From Eledone cirrhosa (Eukaryota), in NCBI GenBank assembly GCA_964016885.1, contig OZ024742.1, positions 39,680,001 through 39,744,000 on the forward strand: a DNA stretch of 64,000 nucleotides, read 5' to 3'. The notes beneath the pieces are model-generated. The model made no database searches and was not told the DNA's origin. It saw only the letters and a program-made list of their open reading frames with translations. The translations under genes were made by a program, and so were the position numbers. Positions 51,361-64,000 of this stretch are shown in pieces (the stretch's first letter is position 1; the number at the start of each line of letters is the position of its first letter).

Positions 51361-51649
51361 ATACAGCTATACCGATATTTATTTATTTTATTTTTATTTA
51401 CTTACTTCTTTATTCCTGGCAGAGATTAAACAACTTACAATAACTCTCCAAAGACTAAAACGTTGGAAAGAAAAAAATCATATTCAGCTTTTTTTCATTT
51501 CCATTTAATTACTTCTTGGTTTTTTCATCTTGTTTTCCTTTTTACTCACCTCTAATCCTTTTCTCATTCATTCACCCCCTAGTACCTTCCACCATCTTGG
51601 GAGCCTTTCCAAATATGTGAATGAATTTAAATACGACTGGTGGGAAAGA

Positions 51650-51950
51650 CGGCGAATTGGCAGAATCGTTAGGAACGTTGGGTGGAATATTTCGGGGTAG
51701 TCGTTCCGGTTATTTGCACTCTGAGGTCACATCCCGCCCAGGGGGATTTTGCCTAACATTCTTCTTCTTCTTCTTCTTCTTCTTCTTGGGAGCAGAGTCC
51801 TCAAACATGTGTTCCAGCGGGTGCTGTGAGAAGCAAACGTCTCCAATTGATCTGGCTAGATCCCCAAATGAGACCAGCCGAGCTCCTTTCGAGGTCGATA
51901 ATTAAAGTGCCAGTCAAATACTGAGGTCGAATCTCTCTCTTTCTCTGGAA
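51650..51950 (+). mobile_element. SINE A-like copy interrupted by a ~125-bp (GAA)n-tailed antisense insert
   Basis: Head ...GCCTAACAT | (TTC)n-insert | TCCTTTCGAGGTCGATAA; the same insert-core junction occurs at 43100-43330. Confidence 0.65.
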
Positions 51951-52581
51951 GAAGTCGGTTGTATTCAGACGTGGAGAGGAATGGACTCCGCCATTTTAAA
52001 AGTGCTCATGTCACGCCGAGTGTTATGACGGTGCCGCAACGACTTCATCTGAAATTAAAATCCTTTTACCTACACTTGGTGGTAGTGATGCCTGTAGTGT
52101 TATTAACGGTAACATGGATGGGTAGGTAAATTTTCTCTCAATATTTTTCCTCGTTTTGCCATTTTGAAAATCTGCCCTTACCCACTCAGTTACAGTGGTT
52201 CTTTATTTAAACTATTTATTTTTCTATTTCTAAAACATTAGGAATAAAGAATAATAAATCTTTATTTATATAAGTAAAGATATCTAAAAGTTGTTATGTA
52301 AGATAACTGGGCGACAACCAACTGGGTGACAAGATAAATGGATGACAACTAACTAACCTTGTAAACCGGATGAGAAACAAAATTATATATCCCACGCTTC
52401 TTCCTTTTGTTTTTTTTGATATTCCGAGTTTGTGTGTGTGATTTTGTTGTTGTTGTTTTTCTCTCTCGATACAATGTAATACTACCATTGATTGACCTTG
52501 AATTCTGGATAAACCACATCACTAATTGGTTAGTCTAAACCTGAATTATAGCAACCTCTCTCTCCCTTTCTCACTATATCT

Positions 52582-52676
<95 letters not shown>

Positions 52677-53394
52677 CGCGTTTACTATGTATGTATATTA
52701 TGTATGTGTGTGCATATTGTATGTATACATATATACACGTATATACGTATATACATACACTACACACATATATACATACACACACACACACACATATATA
52801 TATATATTTGTATGTATATATATATATATACACACACATCCCACACACATTTACATGCTCTGCTTTTACTTCATATGCCTCTCTCCCTTCACACTATATT
52901 TCACTTCCTCCTCTACCCTCCACCGCACTGCTACCCTCCTCCCACCTCTACACTCCACCTCCATCTCCACCTCTACATTTATCCCCCCAATGTTTTACTA
53001 TTTGCTTTGATTATATTATTAACATGTCTCGTTTCATCAAGTTTAGGGCATACTGTCTTTAAACTGCAAGCATTTTCCCATGCGTTCGTCGACTGCCTGC
53101 TAACACGTGATAATTATTAACTCGTAATGTCCTGTACCATATAAAACCGCATTAGCATTATATTAAAAAATTAAAGTCTTTCGTTTACTGCAGATCTTCA
53201 CTATTATTTGTCAACTAATAAAGATGTTATAAACATTTAAATTCACAAACCAGTTTCTAGATATTTTCTGCTAAATCATTTCAGAATATTAAGTGTTAAT
53301 ATTGCTTTCAAATATATATTGCATAGTTTTACCTTCTCTATTCTGTCAACTGGGATCACGGGATGACCAGTGCATGGGCCCCCAATTACTCATA

Positions 53395-53558
53395 ATAATT
53401 GTTTCTACTTTTGGCACAAGGCTAGCAATTACCCAGTACATTATGGTACTTTATTTTTATCGACCCCGTAAGGATGAAAGGCAAAGTTAACCTCGGCGGG
53501 ATTTGAACTCAGAATGGAAAGGGCCGTAACTCTATGCTGTAAAGCATGGCGTCCGACG
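53395..53558 (-). mobile_element. SINE family A (5'-truncated)
   Basis: Tail, core and B box. Other minus copies at 54393-54526, 60483-60602 and 62975-63156; plus copy at 63787-63935. Confidence 0.85.
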
Positions 53559-54526
53559 GGAAGAGCGGGGAAGACGGAGGCAGTGACAGTGGTAGTTTGG
53601 TTCTTTTGTGTTCAGACCTTGTGTATATGTGTATGTTCAGACCTTGTGTATATGTGTATGCTCAGACCTTGTGTATATGTGTATGTTTCACGGACACACA
53701 TATTTTTGTATATAAAACTAAATTGCCAACAGTCAGTCAAATGCCTCAGATCTATTGCATAGTTTGTAAATATAGTTACAGTTATGAACGTAGCGTGGCC
53801 GAATGGTTTAAAAGTTCGCTTTGCAAGCATTAGATCCCCAGTTAAAGCCCACTGCATAGCTTCTTAGGCAAGTGTCATTTACCATAGCTTCTTAGGCAAG
53901 TGTCATTTACCATAGCTTCTTAGGCAAGTGTCATTTACCATAGTTTCGTGTCACTCAAAAACTTATCAGTGAAATTGGGTAGACGCACGAAAATGCTTGA
54001 AAGCCATTCAGATGTCCTACGCCACTATTTCAAAGATTCATCTTTGTCAAACACTGTGTCACACTGAATCTCCCTGTTAAAGTTACACGTAATTCTGGAA
54101 TTCTCAGTCATTTAAAAGTAAAGTTACAGTAGTTGTGTTAATAAATTGTTAAGAGTTCAATCTTTTATGTATTTGTAATGTTCACTTTCAAGGAATCTGT
54201 TTAACTGTGTTATGGTCTCATTTTCTCTTATATACACATATATAGTACGGACTGGCCAGGTTGCCCAATGGCATTGCAAGAGCCCACAGGAGAAATGCAG
54301 GGCCCACTGTAATATTTTAGGGGGCCAATGCTTTGCTTTCAAATAATACTTAAAATCTAAGAGAGAGAATAAAAAAATAATAATAATAATAATAATTGTT
54401 TCTACTTTTTGGCACAAGGCCAGCAATTACCCAGTACATTACTGGTACTTTATTTTATCGACCCCGTAAGGATGAAAGGCAAATTTAACCTCGACGGGAT
54501 TTGAATTCAGACCGTAAAGGGACGCA

Positions 54527-57500
54527 ATAATGCTTTCTTTATTAACCACAAGGGTTTACATAAAGTAGACATTAAGGACAGTACAGGACAATACAGGATG
54601 GTACAAATGGGCATTTCCGCGTGTAAAAAACAAAAAACAGAGGATGTAACAAAAAAAATAACAATGAAAAATTCCCCAATACGGGGGAGACTTCCGAGGG
54701 ACATTCGTGGAGAAAGCCCATTAAAAAGCCACAGTAACCATGACCACAAGGGCAAGTGCCTTCTCCCAGTTTTCCACCTTTAATTTACAGACACATACTC
54801 AGAGTAGGCCCATTCACTCGGGCCATTCTTGCCTCTCTCACCCATCTTTCAACAAAATGCTGGGAAGAGAGCACTTCCCTCTCTACCCTGATTTTCCTTT
54901 TCAAATGTAATTTGAAAAAGTTAATCAGGGCATCACTGAAGAGGTAAGTGCTCGTCTTCAGCCCTTTCAAACGTGTCCACCATACTATCTCTTTCACCAT
55001 GGCCACCAGACATAAAAACTTCCTGCCCTTCCCGGCTAAAGGAAGAGGGCGGGGCAATCCTCACGATGGACTCAGCTGATAGCTAGATCCGTCCTACACG
55101 CGACAGCAGGTGGTCGACATAAACCCACAAGTAAGCAATGCTCGGACACTGGACGAGTGCGTGCAGGACGGTTTCGTCGCCCTGCGCGCATCTCTGACAT
55201 GCCCGGCTGACGGCACCTCCATGCCTGTAGAGTTTATCCCGAACTGGCAAAGCTCCTCGGTAGCACTGCCAGGCCAGGGATTTCTGGAAGTTGTCCATAG
55301 GCCCCGACTCGAAATTCTTCCGAAGAGATTGGCTAGTTGATTTTCGTCGACGCCTAGAGTTTCCCCAAGTACGTCGTCGCTCTTCCCCTCCACTAATCCT
55401 CTATAGAACGCCGAGGTGGAGTTTCCACCGATCACATTGCCCGATTGGTCGAGGGCTGTGAGCGCCTGAAGACATTCCAGTCTCCATGCGCTCCCTCTCG
55501 GTCTTCGCTTGACCCAGGACTGCAGCTCTGTCAAGGAGACGAGCTGGGGAAAGACGCGTCTAGCAAACGGCGACCACACCTGATCTCCGTTGAGGAAGAG
55601 GTGGAGATGTCGTAGTCTGAGCGCGTCTGCGCATCATCAGCCACGGCATGCCCAGCCCTCCACGTAGCGGGTGTTGACAGCAGATGGACCGCCTGACCAT
55701 CGGAGCGCGTCCCTTCCACAAAAAGCGAAAGAGCAAACGCTCCAGCGCAGTCAGGCGGGGCTTAGGAAAAGGTACGACGGTCAGGCGGTAGTAGATGACG
55801 GACGCGATGTATGCGTTAGCCACCTCCGCTCGACCTTTCAGGGATAGCTTCCTCTCGGCCCATTTCTGGGTGAGAGAAGCCACCCTGCTCGTCACCTCGT
55901 CCCAGTTTTTGTCCGTCTGGAGGTCCGGACCGAACCAGACCCCTAGCAATTTAATCGGTCGTCCGTCCAACGCCCGACGACGCTGATGGACGGCATGGAC
56001 CTGCCTCTCCAGGTGCCGAGCTGCAGGCCCACTGACTTTTCCTGGTTGATCATTGCTCCTGTCACCGCTTCGTATTCTCTTAGTGTAGTGCCGATCGCCT
56101 CGATGTGTTTGGCGTTCGACACCACTACGGTGACATCGTCCGCATATGCTGACACGGATCGTCCGCATCCTAGTTCGCGCGGGACGCCCCTCAACGTCTC
56201 CAGTTTGTGCAGTAATGGCTCGAGAGTCAATACGTACGAGAGGGACGAGAGGGGACATCCTTGGCGGACCGAGCGTATGATGTTGAACGGTTCTGAAAAG
56301 TGACCGTTCACTCTCACCACAGAGCAGATGTCGCTGTGCATGGCAGCGGTCCAGCCTCTGAAGATGGGCCCAAAGCCAGCCGCCCTCAGGACTGCCGCTA
56401 GGTAAGGATGATCTAAATTGATCAAGGACCCACCCGTGCCAGGTTCCCTAGCTACCCTCTCTACGATGTATCGCATGAGGTGGAGGTTGTTGTGGATGGA
56501 TCTGTCGGGAATGGCGCATGTCTGCGCCTCTCCCACCAGACCACCAACGACAAGCGCCAACCTCTTTGCTAGCACCTTGGTCCAAATCTTGAACTCTGTG
56601 TTTAGCAGAGTTATGGGCCTAAAATTATCTATGTTATCCCCCTTGTTCGGATTCTTTCTCAGCAGCGCCACAGCTCCTCGGCTCACAGAGCTGGTTATTC
56701 TCCCGTTCTGTTGCCAGTTGCAGTAGACGTCCGCCAAGAGGCCCCCGAACAAGTCTGGCATCTGTACGTAAAGTTCATAGGGCAGACCATCCAAACCGGA
56801 CGATTTACCCCTTGTGCAGCCAGTCATTGCCTCCCGTACTTCATCGGCTGTTATCGGCTTTTCGCAACACTCCGCCTCAGTGGCCGAGAGCCGCGGCAGT
56901 CCGTCGAGGTAGACACTAAAGTCCATCCCTCGATCCGGCCCGCCGCTTCCCCCGAACAGCTGAGCGAAGTGTCGCTGAAAAGCTTCACATATTTTCCCGG
57001 GATCGAGTAGCATGCGCCCGTCGTGGTCCACCAAAGACCAGATCGTGGCTTTGTTGCCACGACGCGCCTCCGCCAGTCGGGCCCATTGAACGGCTTTCGT
57101 CCCCTCGTGTCTGAGAGCACGCACCTTATCTCTGACAACGCAGCCTTCGTGCTTTGCATTGAAGAATTGGTCAAGGGCCAATATCGCCGCAAGTACGTCA
57201 GTCGCGATGCCTTTGCTAAGCGCCTCGTATAATTTTCTAACTAGTTCTCCCTCTGCTCTATTTTTCTCTATAGCTAAAGCCTTACTAAACCTAATGGACT
57301 CTATTCTAATCGCTCTTTTCAGAGCAAACCACCACTTGTTGTTGACGATGGCCCCCGTCAACGCCCGCTTAACTAGTTCGCTAATCCGGTTTCTGTAGAC
57401 CTTGCGCGCTGGTAAGGGGGCGTTTAGCTTCCAGTAGCCGGGTCCTCGTCTATGAAGCTTATCTAAGTCAAGCACACAGATCACGAATTTGTGGTCCGTG

Positions 57501-59800
57501 TAGCTGACTATCTTGAATTGTGGACAGCCTAAGCTAGACCTATCAATTTCCCTACAAAATACTCTATCTAGATATGATCTGGATGACCCTATGCGATTTG
57601 TCCAAGTCCACATTGGCACATTCGGGAAATCGAATCGGTACCTGTCAAACAAGACAGTTCAAAACGCATGAGCAGGTTGGTGAGGCTCTTGCATCCTCCT
57701 CCCATATCCGCTAATCCCACACAGTCCCAGCGTGCATCAAAGATCCCGTTCCAGTCGCCCACTAACACTAAAGAGCAGGACGTTCCAAGAAAGGTCTCCA
57801 GACGCCGGAAGAAATCAGGCCGCCCTGCTCCTGTCGGGGCATAGACGGCCACTAGCCTGAAAGCTTGCCCGTCTCCGCTGGTCACGTCCAGCACCACCAA
57901 CTTACCCTCTGGGTCTAGGAAGATGGCCCGTATGGCGAGATCCAAACCTCTCCGAAAAAGCACAGCAACTCCTCCCCCCGATCCAGGACGGCTGGGAGAT
58001 GCGTACACATCGTAGCCGCCGAAGATCGGTGCGAAGGCCCGTGCTTCGGAGATTCTGGTCTCGCTGATGGCCACTACATCTATGTTTAGTGACCTGAGGT
58101 CGTTGAGCAGGTGGCCCTGCTTCCATGACGACCCCAAGCCACGCGCATTTATGCTGCCTATTGTGAGTGAGGTCATGTTGAAATGGAGCGGAAAAGATGG
58201 GAAAGACCACTTACCTTACTTCTCGTAAAGGAACGATGGTTTCTCCATCCTTTTCACTGCTTGTGGCCTCCTCCGGAAGGATGTCCTTATAAATCCTCCT
58301 GGAGAGTGCTTGTCAGAAGTCTCCGATGTCTTTGGGGAATTTTTGTTTTAGTGTCGTGTACGTTTTCTGTGTGATGCGAGTGATTTGTATGTGTGGAGGT
58401 GGTGTGAACTTTTGGGGTGTTGTGTAGTCTTTTTCTGTGATGCTGGTGTTGTGTTGGATGTAGTGTAATAATTGGTTGTTGTTCAAATTTAATGCCGTGT
58501 AGTGTGTATCGTTTTGGTTGTTTTGTTTTGTTTGCGTTTGTTGTGGGTTTGTTTTTGTTTCGCTTTTTGGTGACTTTTGTGGTGTTGGTGATGGTGGTGT
58601 TGGGGTTAATGATGGTGATGGTGTTGGTGTTTGTGGTGATGGGGTTGGTGATGCTGGTGTGGATGGTGGCATAGCTGTCCTAACTTTTTTGTTTTATAGT
58701 TTATTTGTTTCCCTCTGTATTTTGTTTTTGGAGGGGGAGGGAAGATGATTTTTTCTGTTTTTTTCTTTTTTCCTGATACCGTTTCCCACTCCTCGTCGTC
58801 ACAATCTGTCTCCAGTTGCGATAGGTCGGGGAGTGGAAAATCCTCCACATGCGTTGGTTTTGATTGTGGTGGATGGTGTAGGCGCTGGTGTTAGTTCTGG
58901 CGCGTTGGGTGGTGGTGGTGTTTGTTTTGCTACTGTTGCTGGGGTTGTTGCTGTTACAGTTGCTTCTGTTGTTGCTGCTACAGTTGTTGCTGCCATTTCT
59001 GCTGCTGGTGGTGTTGATGGTTGAGTCACTGGGGTGGGTAAGAGAGGTGGCCTCAACCTTTTAGCCTGAGGGCAGAAAGCCCTTAGGTGGGTTCCTTCAC
59101 CACATACGACACACCTAGGCCTTCTGCCCTCGACGATTACGGTAAGGTGGCTGCCGTCAGTGAGGTCTATTACCTCTGGGATCTCCTCAATGCTTTTTTG
59201 GTCCGCTTGGATCAGGAGCTCCATCACAGATCCGGACCAGTTCTCATCCTTTTCTTTAGCTATTTCGATTATCTTGGTGTTGGCCTCGTACCCATTCTTC
59301 TTTACCATTTTCTTGGCTTCATCTAGTTCCTCCTGAGTTACCTGGATTGTTTAGCATGTTTTAGCTGTTTGGCAAAAGACACGATGTTGTTATTCTCATT
59401 GTTGTTGTTGCTGTTGTTGTTATTGTTACTTTTGTTATTGTTATTTTTAGTTTCAGTTGTAGTGATGGTGGCGTCATTGGTGTTCGGTGTGGAAGAGTCT
59501 ATTCTGGGTGAATCCATTTCGATGTCACGAGATAATTTTTTTTTTTTTTTTGTTTCTGTTGTCGCTGTGGTGGTGGTGGGTGTGACGGCTTCAACACCTG
59601 CAGTCATTTGTAATGGCGGGAAATTAATATCTGCATGAGACAAATTTATATTATTGCTACTGCTTATATTTTTAGTGTTGGCAAACGTAGTAATATTTAC
59701 AATGGTGGTGTTGGTGTGAGGTGTTAGTTTGTGAGGAAGGCTCTCAGCTACGTGGTGTAGCTGTGAGTCGTCCATGACTTTTTCAAGAAATTTTTTGTTT
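54527..59800 (-). mobile_element. Near full-length, frameshifted L1/Tx1-clade LINE
   Basis: ORF1 pieces with CCHC knuckle CVVCGEGTHLRAFC (58799-59308); APE endonuclease SINARGL..VAISET..VYAP..GDWN (57589-58176); RT GLDGLPYE, RPITLLN, VRQGCPLS, AYADD (55943-57652); C-terminal CQRCAQGDETVLHALVQC (55083-55298). 3' end abuts a truncated SINE. Confidence 0.92.
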
Positions 59801-60170
59801 GATAATTATAAAAGTTTAAATTTTGGGCTCAAGGCCCCAATCTTTTTGAGTGTCCTTTTCCGAAAGCAAATTTTGTGACTTTATAAATAGTTAACAACAA
59901 AAATTTTCCATAAATGGCAATTTTAAACAAACGAAAACAACAAACCTTTCCGAAGCTCACGATGATACGATTTCCTACGTAGGTCGCCAATAATATTAAT
60001 AATAATAATAATAAAACAATGAAGCAAAGCATTTGGTCAACCAATTCCCCAGGGAATTCCTAGAAATCAAAATATACGATAGTGCAAGTAGCTGGAATCA
60101 GTGGCTGTACATTCTACTAAATCTAAAGCTTAGTGCATGCAAACATACATATATAGACACAGACACACAA

Positions 60171-60352
<182 letters not shown>

Positions 60353-60709
60353 TGAGTGTGAAAGACCAAAGGTCATTTTTTTGATAGTCTCTATATTTCG
60401 CAAAATATATTTTTTTTATTGGAGAATGGAAGTTATTTTCCCGCAAAAGTTTGATTGCACTCTTTTGTTTCCATATATCTATATAATTGTGTCTACTTTT
60501 AGTACAAGGCCAGCAATTACCCAGTACATTGCTGGTACTTTACTTTATCGACCCCGTAAGGATGAAAGGAAAAGTTAACCTCGGCGGGATTTGAACTCAG
60601 ATCGTTGCCAATCGTTGTAATTTTGAATCTAACTGACATGCAAAAGCATATATAGATATATATATAGGAAATAGATAAGCCCAAATCATAGTATATTAAA
60701 ATATCACAG

Positions 60710-60754
<45 letters not shown>

Positions 60755-60872
60755 GAGAGAGAAAGGAGAAATGAGGTGGAACAGAAATGAAACATGGATT
60801 ACAGGTTAAAATATAGTCTAGATAGATGTGAAACAAAACGAGGATGTAGTTTATGGAACACCCAAATGATTT

Positions 60873-61328
60873 AGAAATCGACCTTAAGTAGGAACAATAA
60901 CATTAAGAAAGACATGAACGACACCACAACACTTTGTTTTGAACATTTTGAAAGTAGGTTTATAAGTATGAAATTTCATACGATTTTCGTAGTTGTCTCT
61001 GTGGCCTACGGTAGTAGAGCCGGTGGAAATCCTGGCCTTGGGTTCAATCCTGGTCAAGAGGTACATGTAACCTTTTTCAGCTTTTATTTTACAACCAATA
61101 GAAAAAAACTGAAAAGGATTACCGGGAACTCTACTTCCGCCCAGGATCGAACTTCAGACCAGGATCACCACCTTCTATGATTCCTCCAACTAGGCCATCG
61201 AGACAGCTACAAAAAAAAAAATGATGAAAATTGATAATTATAAACTTACTTTCAAAATCAAAGTTAAAAAGATGTAATGTCGTTCATGGCTTTCCTAGAG
61301 CTATTAGTAATATTTAGGGTCGACTTCT
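60873..61328. mobile_element. Imperfect 455-bp fold-back (MITE-like) element with tRNA-like sequence in each arm
   Basis: Ends AGAAATCGACCTTAAGTA / TATTTAGGGTCGACTTCT; internal inverted blocks CATGAACGACA, TTTTGAAAGTAGGTTTATAA, GTAGTTGTCTCTGTGGCCTA; B-box-like GGTTCAATCC (+) and AGTTCGATCC (-). Confidence 0.7.
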
Positions 61329-62679
61329 GGTCATTATTGAAAGTCTCTGGATTTCACAAAATACATAATATTTTTTATTGCAGAAGATAAGATATTTTTC
61401 CGCAAAAATTTGATTGCACTGTTTTATTTCCACTTATGTATTTTTCGAAAATGTTATTTATTCATTATGAAAATTAAATGATAGCATCCTATATGTAGGA
61501 GGGCATCTCCTGGCAACCAATATACAACGCGTTTTCATTGATATTGCCGTTAGTAGGAGGCAATTCTATATGGGCCCCCTTCATCTGGCAACCAGTATTT
61601 TTAGACCCAGTCCGCTACTACACATATATGTTGTGGGAATTGTATTTATTATTGTTTTTGTAGCACCAACAATAACATCAACTTACTACCTATGCAAATA
61701 TCGCAGCCATCACTGTTATTGGACTCTACCGTGATTCTGTATGAGGGGTAAGTAACTCTGAAATTCTTAAATTAAATACGTTCAGTTCACTTGTAACATG
61801 TAGAACTGAGCACCATTGACAATCAATTATCTGACTTGTAATGCTGTTGTTGTTTTTGTTGTGAGTGGGTCTCCTTTTTTTTTGTTGCTGTTCATTTTCA
61901 ATATTATTTAATCATTAAAAGGGGACAAAAGGGAACCAATCATCAAATATAAAATAAATAGGTTTACATTGTATTCACCTTTGTAGTGTGTATCCGTAAA
62001 ACATATATATACACCAGGTCCGAACACAAAGGAGCCAAACCTTCATTGTCACTGCTTCCTTCTCTTCCGATCTCCCTATCTCTCACTATTATGAGCAAAT
62101 GGGGGACCACGCGCTGGCTGCCCCGCGGGCCCGGCGGACAGAATAGAGAAGGCCTTTTCCCGGAGGATGGTGAGGGAGACGTGCTGGAAGTGCTATTCCA
62201 GCTTGGGTGTCTCACACCTGAAGATGAGCCGATGGTGATGAGTAGGCCTTAGGGCCAAAGACACCAGAAGTCTCAAATTGGACCATGAAAATAAGTTTTC
62301 CACTATTTTTTCCAATGTTGATTTTATTGATCGCAACTCTTGGTAGGAAGAGTCTGTATTTGATCTCACAGCGCGCGTACAAAGCCGGATAGGATACCAC
62401 AAATCATCCTGTGAGTCCCTCTAATAATTCTGCCAATTCTCTGTCAATCACCTAGGCAAGATTCGAACTTCGAGCGCAGCGAGCCGCAACAAATACGAAC
62501 GCATTTAACCCGACACTGTAACGACTCTACTACCAATTCACCTGTAACGAGATTAAATAGTATTCAATTAGTTGAATTAGAGGGTTGAGAACCTTCACAC
62601 CTCATACTAACTTCCTTAAAAATCATATACACGTCATATACATATATGTATATGCCGTGTCTGTGTGTATATATATAAA

Positions 62680-62711
<32 letters not shown>

Positions 62712-63185
62712 CGCGTGTGTGTGTTTTTAAAACGAACATGCATATAGATAGCTAGAGAAGCATATACATACATACACACACATACACACACATATATATA
62801 TATATATTCATATATGTATTTATAAATATATATGTATATGTATATATATGTATATATGTATATATGTATATGTATATATATATATATGTATATATATGTA
62901 TATATATATGTATATATACATATATGTATATATATGTATATATATATATATGTATATATATGTATATATATATATAATTGTTTCTACTTTTGGTACAAGG
63001 CCAGCAATTATCTCAGAGCATTACCGGTACTTTATTTTATCGACCCCGTAAGGATGAAAGGCAAAGTAAACGTCGGCGGGATTTGAACTCAGAACGTAAA
63101 GGGCCATAACTCTATGTCGTAAAGCATGGTGTCTGACGCTCTACCGATACTGCCAAATATATATAATATTAATTAATATGTGTGC

Positions 63186-63238
<53 letters not shown>

Positions 63239-63239
63239 C

Positions 63240-63291
<52 letters not shown>

Positions 63292-63696
63292 TAATATGTG
63301 TGTATATATATATATATATATAAATTAATGTGTGCATATATATATATATAATTAATATGTGTGTATATATATATATATGCACACATATTAATTTTAAGAA
63401 AGCAATATTCTGAACTTCCTCATGTAGAATTTTAACATTTATATTACTTCATAAAAATAAGAATTTCAGGAGCGATTTCCTTTTTGCTATTTCTTCGTCA
63501 GGATTTCTGCTTGGCAAGACTATGTCGACGTCATCAGAGACATCCCGAGTTAAGTTATCACCACCACATATCATGTAGACTGATAAGTGTTGCTTACTAG
63601 AGGTTTCTAGATAAGATATACCGGAAATTGTTTAACTCTATAGATTGGCATACTGACAGGGGTGGGTGGGGGGGTGGGGGGAGAGAGGTATGTGAA

Positions 63697-63697
63697 A

Positions 63698-63734
<37 letters not shown>

Positions 63735-63786
63735 AGAAGAAGAAGAAGAAGAAGAAGAAGAAGAAGAAGAAGAAGAAGAAGAAGAA
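63697..63786 (+). repeat. (GAC)n(GAA)n compound microsatellite
   Basis: Direct reading. Confidence 0.95.
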
Positions 63787-64000
63787 ATCGCAGAGTCACT
63801 AGAACGACGGATAGAACGCTTTGTGTTGTTCGTTCCGACTCTCTGTTTCTTGAGTTCAAATCCCGTCGAGATCAACTTAACCTTTCATCCATTAAAGCTC
63901 GATAAACAAAAGTACCAGTCTATTACTAGGGTCGATTCCTCCTTTATATCTCTTTCTCACTTCCTTTCTTTCGCTTTTTAGCCTCCTCTGGAAGAAATCT

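Noticed and set aside
63440-63545. Minus-strand CTGATGA-CGTC...GACG hammerhead candidate
   Set aside because: No correctly placed GAAA, stem III or stem I partner.
63628-63981. Acidic poly-D/E protein
   Set aside because: Translation of a (GAC)n(GAA)n microsatellite running into a SINE.

Overview
Gene-poor, AT-rich eukaryotic (animal) DNA, probably cephalopod/octopus-like (inference from the huge (TA)n tracts and the SINE types). No host protein-coding gene can be supported. Most ORF-track entries are microsatellite artefacts (YI/HT/CV repeats). The window is a patchwork of mobile DNA: (1) three Penelope-like retroelements (PLEs), one with an intact 709-aa RT + GIY-YIG ORF and ~450-bp inverted pseudo-LTRs, two decayed; (2) a decayed L1/Tx1-type LINE, RTE-type and R4/Dong-type LINE fragments, mariner/hAT MITEs and a Helitron end; (3) about 20 tRNA-derived SINE copies and a 4.8-kb 50-bp satellite built from the SINE tail; (4) many short non-coding elements inserted in (TA)n tracts, showing fold-back inversions or tandem/terminal direct repeats and carrying hammerhead ribozyme (HHR) motifs, i.e. 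retrozyme- or pLTR-like. The most striking observation is a ~102-nt RNA motif in three sequence-diverged elements (13114-13215, 19054-19155 with an inverted copy at 18924-19025, and 30867-30967). It has an intact hammerhead core (CUGAUGA, GAAA, NUH) but its strands are connected in a non-circularly permuted, multiply pseudoknotted order, with six helices maintained across the copies, mostly by compensatory changes.
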